A stretch of DNA of 15,847 nt, taken from NCBI GenBank assembly GCA_038858525.1, contig JAWCFL010000038.1, positions 1-15,847 on the forward strand, read 5' to 3'. Below, one piece after another: positions 7,988 to 15,173 of the stretch (the first letter of the stretch is position 1; each line of letters opens with the position of its first letter). Position numbers and translations under genes: made by a program. The notes under the pieces are model-generated. The model was not told where the DNA came from and searched no databases. It saw only the letters and a program-made list of their open reading frames with translations. This stretch comes from Candidatus Jordarchaeales archaeon (GTDB lineage: Archaea > Asgardarchaeota > Jordiarchaeia > Jordiarchaeales > Freyrarchaeaceae).

Positions 7988-8021
7988 GTTTGGCTTCCTC
8001 TTAAGTTTGGCTTCCTCTTAA
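7988..8021 (+). repeat. Perfect tandem duplication of 17 nt
   Basis: GTTTGGCTTCCTCTTAA at 7988-8004 and 8005-8021. Confidence 0.95.
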
Positions 8022-8409
8022 TAGTGGGCAGTTCGACGTGGGCGTGTCATGTCAAGTTTAGGCGAGTACTGTTGGAGGTCAAAGATGAACTAGAAAACAG
8101 GTTCGACGCCTATTTTGAGATGGCGTCAGAGATTGTGCCCCTGGTCGAGAACAGAGGCGGGGGAAGGTGATGGCACAGTCAGACGAGAAGGCTGCTCACG
8201 CCATATTGCGCGGGCAGCCTGTCGTGGTTCACCTTCAGGCCCGGCGCCGAAAACCATAAAGGATGTCCTTAAGAATAAAGGAAGTGTTTAAGAAAGTTGA
8301 AGAACTGATTGAAAGCCCGTGTCACGAAGCAACTTTGCTCCTTAAATGTTGAAAAAGGCGGTTTCTGCCCTTCTCGTATCAGTTCTTTGTTAGCCTTTTG
8401 GGTGCGAGG

Positions 8410-8787
8410 TTGGAATAGTTTTCCCTGTGTTCGAGTTTATGGGCGAGGAATCTGCTGTCTGCGGCCATTTTGGGATCTCCGTCCTTCACTGTTGTTGATG
8501 TTTCTGATGACGGAAAGATCCTCCTCCATGAGGAAAGAGAAGAACTTCGGCGAGTACTTTAGAGGAATGGGAAAGGTCGCTGAGCTTATAGCCCGCCTCT
8601 CCCCGGACGTTTTGATAGTTAAGAGCATAGGGCCAAGAGCTATAAGTATGTTTGAGTCAATGAGTGTTAATGTGGCGTCTTGCGATGCTTTAACACTGAA
8701 GGACGCTATTAACGCGTACTTTGAGGGCGCCTATTCAGCGCTGACGCATGCGGGGACGCCCGCCACAATCACGCGTGTGGAAGGTGA
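8410..8787 (+). pseudogene. Frameshifted NifB/NifX-family (dinitrogenase FeMo-cofactor biosynthesis domain) gene
   Basis: Family-like segments are spread over three frames: IVFPVFEFMGEESAVCGHFG (8415-8474), SPSFTVVDVSDDGKI (8476-8520), SMRKEKNFGEYFRGMGKVAELI...SIGPRAISMF...LKDAINAYFEG (8525-8728, the track ORF frame), and probably LFSADACGDARHNHACGR* (8731-8787). TTG 8410 follows GGTG. Confidence 0.8.
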
Positions 8788-8792
8788 GAAAA

Positions 8793-9629
8793 ATGGCTGA
8801 AAAACCGAAGCGTCAAGTGCAACGCCTCCAATTAGACGCGATAAAAAAGCGAATGTCCCACGTAAAGCACAAAGTCGTTATTATGAGCGGTAAGGGAGGT
8901 GTGGGCAAGAGCACTGTTGCAGCAAACCTCGCTGTTGTTCTAGCAGAAATGGGTCGAAAAGTTGGCTTGATGGACGCAGACTTCCACGGCCCATCCATAC
9001 CCAAAATACTTGGAGTCCAAGGCATACAACCACAGGTTGGCCCAACCGGAATATACCCAGTCATAGCTGAACGCGGCGTAAGAGTGATCTCCATAGACTT
9101 CTTCCTTCCATCCGGCGACTCGCCTGTGATCTGGAGGGGGCCGCTGAAGATGTCCGCTATAAGGCAGTTTCTCTCAGACGTGGAGTGGGGCGAGCTAGAC
9201 TATTTACTCGTCGATCTTCCCCCGGGAACCGGGGACGAACCCCTAAGCGTGATGCAGCTCATACCTGGAATAGACGGCGTCGTCATTGTGACGGCACCCT
9301 CAGACCTCTCCCAGTACGTTGTGAAGAAAGCTGTTTCCATGGCTAACAGGGTGGGTGTTAGAGTTATAGGGATACTGGAGAACATGAGTGGATTCGTCTG
9401 CCCCAACTGCGGGGCGCGCTTCAACCTCCTCGGCTCAGGAGGAGGGGAAAAAATATCCGTGGATATGGGAGTCCCCTTCCTGGGAAGGATACCGATAGAC
9501 CCAAGCATAAGTGAGGACACCGACCAGGGCACGCCCTTCACACTCAACCACCCTGACTCGCCCGCCACTAAAGCCTTCAAAGAAATAGTTGAACGCATAG
9601 TGAAAGCTGTCGAAGGAGAAAGCGCCTAA
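8793..9629 (+). CDS. mrp: Mrp/ApbC/NBP35-family Fe-S cluster carrier ATPase
   Basis: Deviant Walker A SGKGGVGKST, DADFHGPS, VIWRGP, DLPPGTGD and ENMS..VCPNC motifs; RBS GGTGA before ATG 8793. Confidence 0.93.
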   Translation: MAEKPKRQVQRLQLDAIKKRMSHVKHKVVIMSGKGGVGKSTVAANLAVVLAEMGRKVGLMDADFHGPSIPKILGVQGIQPQVGPTGIYPVIAERGVRVISIDFFLPSGDSPVIWRGPLKMSAIRQFLSDVEWGELDYLLVDLPPGTGDEPLSVMQLIPGIDGVVIVTAPSDLSQYVVKKAVSMANRVGVRVIGILENMSGFVCPNCGARFNLLGSGGGEKISVDMGVPFLGRIPIDPSISEDTDQGTPFTLNHPDSPATKAFKEIVERIVKAVEGESA

Positions 9630-9645
9630 AGGGGCATGGACAGCT

Positions 9646-10008
9646 TTGCTGGGTCCAGGAAGGTGCAGGAAGCGGTACAGGGGGAGCCCACCAATCCCGA
9701 GAGACATAGAACTAAGTTGCACGTCGTACGCTCCATCCCCCCGGGCCTTCCAAGCCTTCCCACCTCCAATCGTCCTTTATGATGATGAGCTTGAAGTGAT
9801 GCGTCTTCGTCAACCAGCTTGACTTAGTGCAGGAGGAAGCTGGCCGCAGAATAGGCGTATCGAGACGACCATCTGGCACATACTCCAAAGTGGCAGGAAA
9901 AAGGTTATTCAGGCGCCAGTTGGAGAAAGAGAACTAATAGTCTTTTCGAGAGACTTGTCTGAAAATTTATCCTCCAGCATTCGTGAAGATAATCAGCGCC
10001 GGGATTAA
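9646..10008 (+). pseudogene. Frameshifted DUF134 / UPF0251 helix-turn-helix gene (absent from ORF track)
   Basis: MLGPGRCRKRYRGSPPIPRD...IVLYDDELEVMRL (9646-9807), +1 shift to VNQLDLVQEEAGRRIGVSR (9809-9865), -1 shift back to TIWHILQSGRKKVIQAP...* (9868-10008). Matches the DUF134 pattern 'ELEALRL.D...L.QEEA..MGVSR.T..R.L.SARKKVA'. TGA at 9820-9822 interrupts the main frame. Confidence 0.85.
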
Positions 10009-10092
10009 CAGTAGCACATGGACTCAATATTTTTCCTTTTTTTAAGAATGAATTTCGAGCTACACCCTCCTAACGATGGAGGATGCCCTTCT

Positions 10093-10134
10093 AGATGCTT
10101 GTTTCTGGAGATGCTTGTTTCTGGAGATGCTTGT
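10093..10134 (+). repeat. Tandem 16-nt repeat, about 2.6 copies
   Basis: AGATGCTTGTTTCTGG at 10093-10108 and 10109-10124, plus partial AGATGCTTGT at 10125-10134. Confidence 0.95.
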
Positions 10135-10199
10135 GTGCTTCCAGTAGGGCGGCTGACGGAAACGTTTTAAGAATTTGTCCTTCATGTTACTGTTGAGAA

Positions 10200-11282
10200 G
10201 TGGCGTGGGGCGAGGGCTCTGTGGTGTTTTTTCCGGATTCAGGAGTCATACGGGATGTCTCCCTTTCGCTTGTAGTCGCAACAATATTTCTCTTAGCCGA
10301 GTTCCTTGTTCTGCTCCTCTACCAGTGGATTAAGAGTCCACGCAGGCTGGATGATATCCGCTTCGTCTGGTCTATTCTCGTGGCTTCATTCATCATCCTG
10401 TTTTTCTCATTCATCGTTTCAGACTTCTACGCTCCAAGCTGGGAACGAGAATTCTGGGTTAAAATCGGGTACATTTTCGCCCTATCTGGCATTACAGTGC
10501 TCGCCTTTGTGGCTGAGAAAAAGCTTCTGCGGACGCTTCACTTCTTCACGCTAATCGGCATCGTAGGAGTGTTTCTCACGCTTCTTCTCCCTCACACGTT
10601 CCTCAAGTATGCTGCCTACACGTTTCTCTTTCCTGCATATTCAATGTTCTTCATTTTGCTACTCTACCGTCTATATGAGAGAGCCGAGGAACCATTAAAG
10701 AAGCATGTTAGCTTTTTCGTCTTTGGATTTGTCCTTTTTCTGAGTGGCTTCATTCTGACGGCTGACGCCCCTGTCCAGTTTTCGAGAGGATTATCTTATG
10801 TAGTGGGTTCCCTCTTGATGATCGCGGGCATATCAGCCGTTAACTTCATGGTGTTAAGGATGCCGTCCTTCGGCGAGCTCGACTGGCAAGACAAAATCGA
10901 GGAGCTATACCTTATCTCGCGCACAGGCGCCCCTCTGCTCTACATTGACTTTAAAAGCGGGGTGAGCACCGTGGGACCTGACCAAGCGTTGACAGCAGCT
11001 GTGATATCCGCCCTATCACTAGGACTAAAGGGGGCAGGCAAAGATGAAAAAATAAGAATGGTTGACCAAGGAAAGCTAAAGTTTCTTTTTGGATACGCGA
11101 AAAATGCCATCTTGGTTTTAGCCGTAACAGAAGACCTGAACATCATACGCCGGAAAATTGACGAGTTCATGAACGAGTTCAGCACACTCTATGGGGAAAT
11201 ACTCGACTCATGGGATGGAAACATAAGTATCTTTAAGCCGGCTGAAGCCCTAGCAAAAAACATATTCATAAAAAAACGGTAA
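10200..11282 (+). CDS. Seven-transmembrane protein with C-terminal longin-like domain
   Basis: Seven hydrophobic segments in aa ~21-219, linker PSFGELDW, then a longin-like domain (KIEELYLISRTGAPLL...LAVTEDL..IRRKIDEFMNEF...Y...LDSWDGNISIF). Start may be GTG 10221. Confidence 0.8.
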   Translation: MAWGEGSVVFFPDSGVIRDVSLSLVVATIFLLAEFLVLLLYQWIKSPRRLDDIRFVWSILVASFIILFFSFIVSDFYAPSWEREFWVKIGYIFALSGITVLAFVAEKKLLRTLHFFTLIGIVGVFLTLLLPHTFLKYAAYTFLFPAYSMFFILLLYRLYERAEEPLKKHVSFFVFGFVLFLSGFILTADAPVQFSRGLSYVVGSLLMIAGISAVNFMVLRMPSFGELDWQDKIEELYLISRTGAPLLYIDFKSGVSTVGPDQALTAAVISALSLGLKGAGKDEKIRMVDQGKLKFLFGYAKNAILVLAVTEDLNIIRRKIDEFMNEFSTLYGEILDSWDGNISIFKPAEALAKNIFIKKR

Positions 11283-11292
11283 AGGAACCGCG

Positions 11293-11310
11293 GAAAGAGA
11301 GGAAAAAAGG
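11293..11310 (-). terminator. T-rich terminator for isf-afpA
   Basis: Minus strand CCTTTTTTCCTCTCTTTC downstream of the afpA stop, in the convergent gap. Confidence 0.4.
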
Positions 11311-11351
11311 TAGAGTAGCGCATCCTCCTGCAACTTCTCCATATGCTAATG

Positions 11352-11978
11352 TTAATAGATGTCGAATCTTGCTTCCGGGCTTCGTGCTGGTTGCGACCTG
11401 AAGTGCTTCTCGAAAACTAGAGGTATATCTTCTGGCTTTTCGAGGACGTGCACTCCATCCATCCCCATAAGTTTTTTAACGTGATCCACATCCTCCTTCC
11501 TTATCCTCAATTTGAGGTCTCTTCCATCGGGTAGCTTTGTGACCACCACACCCTCCCTGTAGTCCGATGGCATAATGTATACTGGGACAAAGGCCTTTAG
11601 CGCCATTATGGCGGAGTTTGAAAGCAGGGAGTCAGCCATGCCAGTCGCTATCTTCGCAACAGTGTTCGAAGTGGCGGGAGCAATGAGGAGGAACTCGAAC
11701 TTACCTGATTGAAGCTGCCCTGCGAGGAAAGGCGAGTTCGAGTTTACCTCAACCCAAACCTTTCCGAATTCTCTCTTTAGGACATCGGACAACCTGTAGT
11801 ACTTCACCACCTGGTCGCCTGCCTTCGAAAGGTAAACCTTTATCTCGACCTCGCCACCATATTCCTCCTTAACCTTAATCATCGTTTCAACAGTCTCAGT
11901 CAGCCTGTCTCCGCTACCGGTAATCCCCCAAGCAACCTTCTTTTTCTTAACCTTCACCTCACTCGTAACTCTCACCAT
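11352..11978 (-). CDS. afpA: Archaeoflavoprotein AfpA (HFCD-like flavoprotein family)
   Basis: Motifs VAWGITGSGDRL, LSKAGDQVVKYY, NSPFLAGQLQ.GK, IAPATSNTVAKIA.G.AD and VPVYIMPSDY. Confidence 0.85.
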   Translation of the reverse strand: MVRVTSEVKVKKKKVAWGITGSGDRLTETVETMIKVKEEYGGEVEIKVYLSKAGDQVVKYYRLSDVLKREFGKVWVEVNSNSPFLAGQLQSGKFEFLLIAPATSNTVAKIATGMADSLLSNSAIMALKAFVPVYIMPSDYREGVVVTKLPDGRDLKLRIRKEDVDHVKKLMGMDGVHVLEKPEDIPLVFEKHFRSQPARSPEARFDIY

Positions 11979-12565
11979 CCTTCTTTCTCAATCATCCTTA
12001 AAAGTGAGGCAAACTTCTTAACCGTCTTCCTAAGACTCCTAAAACCTTCCTCATCCCTCATAACTTCCTCAACGCTGTCCTTAGACCAGAAAGTCGCCCC
12101 CAGGTTCGCCCCGAAAAAACCTCCACTCACAGGTATCACCCCGTTAAGCACATAGAAAGTTATTATCTGTTGCAGTGCAAGCTCCTGCCCCCCAACCCTA
12201 TCCCCGCCGACAGCTATAGCCATCCCAACCTTGTTCCTGAAAACTCTCCTGTCAGAGGCGACGAGAGCCCTACACCTATCCATAACCGCCTTAATCTGTG
12301 CACTAACACCACCATTATAGACGGGCGTAGCGAAAACAAGCCCCTTCGCCTCCCTAAGCAACGGGTAGAGCTCATACATGTCATCCTTAATGGCGCACTC
12401 CCCATTTTTCAAGCAGTAGTCGCAATGCCTACAGAAACCAATACTCTTCCCCCGAACACTGAAAAAAGCTGTCTTGAACCCATCCTCCTCCAGCATCCTT
12501 AAAGCCTCCCTCAAACAATACTCAGTAGCCCCCCGCCTAGGACTACCGCAAACACCAACAATCAT
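11972..12565 (-). CDS. isf: Iron-sulfur flavoprotein (Isf; NADPH-dependent FMN reductase fold)
   Basis: GSPRRG FMN loop, compact Cys motif CRHCDYCLKNGEC (Cx2Cx2Cx5C), ATPVYNGGVSAQIKAVMDR, GGDRVGGQE. True start is ATG 12565 after GGGTGGG; the track's 12655 start adds low-complexity upstream DNA. Confidence 0.88.
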   Translation of the reverse strand: MIVGVCGSPRRGATEYCLREALRMLEEDGFKTAFFSVRGKSIGFCRHCDYCLKNGECAIKDDMYELYPLLREAKGLVFATPVYNGGVSAQIKAVMDRCRALVASDRRVFRNKVGMAIAVGGDRVGGQELALQQIITFYVLNGVIPVSGGFFGANLGATFWSKDSVEEVMRDEEGFRSLRKTVKKFASLLRMIEKEGW

Positions 12566-13182
12566 TAAGCCCACCCAGAACACGCAAACCCAATACAAAT
12601 TAAAACCAAATTTAAAATTTAAACCTAATCCTAATCTACACCTCCAAACAGCCAAGCCCTTTCACTCTGCAACCCCTCTAAATTTTTACCCAAAACTAAA
12701 GACAAAATCGCAGTTCTAGACGCACCGTTTATACTTCCTTTATCCCCCCTTCGTAGTGTTATGCTTCACACAATTATCCAGCTCTCTTACCACTACCCCC
12801 CACCCACACCGATGGGCTCGCAAAGCCCCTCTTGTGCAGAGTTAAGCTATCTTCTCAGTGATCGTGATGCGGCTCCTAGAGAGGGGACACCGAGATAAAG
12901 TTCACTTACAAGTTAACTCACACTTCGCACCCACCTCAACAGCACCGCTCTGGCTCATCCACCCAGTTCACATGAATAAAGAGAAATAAATATTCAACTG
13001 ACGGCAACCACCTCAGCTCCACTGTAGGATCCGGCATGCGGGTGCTCATGCTCTATGCCACACCTACATCTACTGGAAAAGAAATATGGATGCCCTCCGC
13101 TTCAGCGCAATGCTCAATTATGTTTTCAGTTCCTAGTGTTGCGTGTTGTACTTCTACTGTATACTGCTGAGTTTCTTTGAGT

Positions 13183-13524
13183 TTAAGCTTTAAGCTTCAT
13201 TCTGTGCGCTTCGATGGTTTGGCGAGCTTTGACGTAGCCTTTCAGCGCCATCTCAGCCTCCTCCCTAGTGACGCTTTCCTCCCTGTAGTCTGCCTTCACT
13301 CTAAGCACATACATTTCTCTGAGCGCAAAGGCGGCCTCCCCCAGACCCATACTGTCAAGCGAGTTCGCCAGCTTGTCATCCCGTCTAGGGATCGGCGCCC
13401 TAGCCTCCAAGAGGAACCTTTCAGCTAAGAACCTGAGTGAAAAGTAAAGGGCTGAGACAGCCTTGTTGTAGTAACCGTGTTTAATGTCGTCTAAAGCCTC
13501 CCTGTAGAGCTCGTCAGCCTTCAA
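13183..13524 (-). CDS. HEPN-superfamily protein (UPF0332-like)
   Basis: 'GYYNKAVSALYFS' and 'LRVKADY' motifs; helical, 113 aa; TTGA overlap with the upstream gene. Confidence 0.75.
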   Translation of the reverse strand: MKADELYREALDDIKHGYYNKAVSALYFSLRFLAERFLLEARAPIPRRDDKLANSLDSMGLGEAAFALREMYVLRVKADYREESVTREEAEMALKGYVKARQTIEAHRMKLKA

Positions 13525-14129
13525 CGGAAAGCCTCCAAGTAAAAACTTTCCTCTTCCTCTCTCACTATCATTGGTGCTATTCCCACTTTCCAGCCGTGTT
13601 GCTTTTCGGCTTCCCGCTCTGCCTCCACCACTTTCCGGCGCACGTCGACGGTGTCCTCCCTGACGACGACTACCACATTGCAGCCGTGGAACATGAAGTC
13701 CTCCCTTGGACCAGCGACGACGCTCACGAGCAAGTCCCCTAAAGACTCCCTCAACCTCTGCGCGAAGTCATCGACTGCAACCTTCCACTCTTCCGCTGAC
13801 ACGTCACTCTCGTAAGTTGAAAGAAAAAGGCGCAGCTCATCCTCTTCTTCCTCTCTCACTATCATTGGTGCTATTCCCACTTTCCAGCCGTGTTGCTTTT
13901 CGGCTTCCCGCTCTGCCTCCACCACTTTCCGGCGCACGTCGACGGTGTCCTCCCTGACGACGACTACCACATTGCAGCCGTGGAACATGAAGTCCTCCCT
14001 TGGACCAGCGACGACGCTCACGAGCAAGTCCCCTAAAGACTCCCTCAACCTCTGCGCGAAATAGCAAATAGCGCGCCCCCAATCATCGTTAAACCTCAAA
14101 AACAAGTGTTGCGTCCACCTCAAGGACAA
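13521..14129 (-). CDS. Two-domain degenerate nucleotidyltransferase-fold protein (MNT-like antitoxin)
   Basis: Two copies of helix-'LGD.LVSVV'-strand-'NVVVVVRE'-helix-'IAPMIV' architecture; no GS or DxD; RBS GGAGGG; upstream of a HEPN gene. Confidence 0.65.
   Translation of the reverse strand: MSLRWTQHLFLRFNDDWGRAICYFAQRLRESLGDLLVSVVAGPREDFMFHGCNVVVVVREDTVDVRRKVVEAEREAEKQHGWKVGIAPMIVREEEEDELRLFLSTYESDVSAEEWKVAVDDFAQRLRESLGDLLVSVVAGPREDFMFHGCNVVVVVREDTVDVRRKVVEAEREAEKQHGWKVGIAPMIVREEEESFYLEAFR
13552..14060. repeat. Perfect 215-bp direct repeat, period 294 bp
   Basis: 13552-13766 is identical to 13846-14060 by base-by-base comparison, with a 79-bp unique spacer; the period equals 98 codons, so the copies are in frame. 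Confidence 0.95.
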
Positions 14130-14166
14130 CCCTCCAATCTGCCTAATCAGGCTTCTCGACCCAAAT

Positions 14167-15102
14167 TTATCGGGTCACCGCCACATACTTCAATCCTACC
14201 TTCCTAACAATCCCCCTCCTCATAAGCTCCTCTAAATGCTTCTCTATCATAACTTTTTCCCAATACCTTAAAAGAGGCTCAGCGTAGGGAAATGACCCAT
14301 ATATTGGCGCCTCCTCGACGAGCTGATCTATCGTCTTTCCCTCCTCGAGGAGCTTCAGTATCCTCGTTTCTCTCTCGTCGATCCTACCTAGAAACTTGTT
14401 AAACTCGCCTTCTATGTTCTCTCTAACTATACCCTTATGCCCCGAGACGACGATTCTAGGCTTCAACGACCTAATCCTCTCTATCGACCTTCTTGTTTCA
14501 TCTATGCTGGATTCTCTATGCCCATACCATGGGCCGAAAGGCGTGAAGTCGTAGTCGAAGGAGAGTAGGACTCTTTCATGCGGCTCGTAGAAGCAGTAGT
14601 GGTCGGAGGTATGGCCAGGCGTGTGTAGGGCGACTAGAGTGGTCTCCCCGAACCTGAAAACATCCCCCTCGCTGTAGCTTACCGTTGGAATACACTCCTT
14701 AATGTTCATGTTCTCCTTCACGAAGTTTATCCAGTACTCGGTGATGTTCGGCTCAACAAATCTTTCAGCGAGAGCCTGCAGCCTTCCACTGGTAGCGAAC
14801 CCCTCACGAGGAACGTAGATGGGCACGTCCTCGAAAACCCAGTTTCCAGCGGAATGGTCAGGATGCGTGTGAGAATTGATGACGAGATCCACCCTCCACT
14901 CTCTTCTAATTTCCTTTAGATGCTCTATTCCGCATCCCGAGTCTACCAGCACGTTTCTTTCATCCAGAATGAGAACAGAGAATGAGTGAGGGAACCTGCC
15001 ATTACCATCTCCACGCACCAAGTAAATGTTACCACAAACCTTCTCTAGTACAACCACAATGGCTCCCCCAGAAAACATTAACGATTTTTGCGTAAAGCCC
15101 AC
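14167..15102 (-). CDS. Metallo-beta-lactamase-fold hydrolase with probable C-terminal winged-helix-like extension
   Basis: Motifs LVDSG, SHTHPDH, HTPGHT, FDYD and SGHKG. Start is GTG 15102 or GTG 15057. Confidence 0.88.
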   Translation of the reverse strand: MGFTQKSLMFSGGAIVVVLEKVCGNIYLVRGDGNGRFPHSFSVLILDERNVLVDSGCGIEHLKEIRREWRVDLVINSHTHPDHSAGNWVFEDVPIYVPREGFATSGRLQALAERFVEPNITEYWINFVKENMNIKECIPTVSYSEGDVFRFGETTLVALHTPGHTSDHYCFYEPHERVLLSFDYDFTPFGPWYGHRESSIDETRRSIERIRSLKPRIVVSGHKGIVRENIEGEFNKFLGRIDERETRILKLLEEGKTIDQLVEEAPIYGSFPYAEPLLRYWEKVMIEKHLEELMRRGIVRKVGLKYVAVTR

Positions 15103-15173
15103 TCAGCACCACAAAAATCTTCTCCAAGGATAACTTAAAAGGTGATAGAGGCGGCTTTAGTTTAGTTACTCTC

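Noticed and set aside
8309-8524. N-terminal half of the 163-aa track ORF
   Set aside because: The NifX-family motifs (IVFP, HFG, FTVVDV) are in other frames, so this part is out-of-frame translation.
9630-9900. SRP RNA, RNase P RNA or riboswitch in the GC-rich stretch after mrp
   Set aside because: Conserved cores (SRP helix 8, GAGGAAAGUCC) do not match, and the region is explained by the DUF134 remnant.
7988-10134. CRISPR array interpretation of the short repeats
   Set aside because: Units are 16-17 nt, directly abutting with no spacers, and no cas genes are present.
12850-13170. Epimerase-like ('RLLERGH', 'GTENIIE') or IS200-like ('KVHLQV') peptide fragments
   Set aside because: The matches are very short, lie on different strands and do not assemble into a consistent gene.
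13552-14060. Insertion sequence or target-site duplication explanation for the 215-bp repeat
   Set aside because: No transposase or terminal inverted repeats; the repeat is in frame within one ORF and the spacer is coding.
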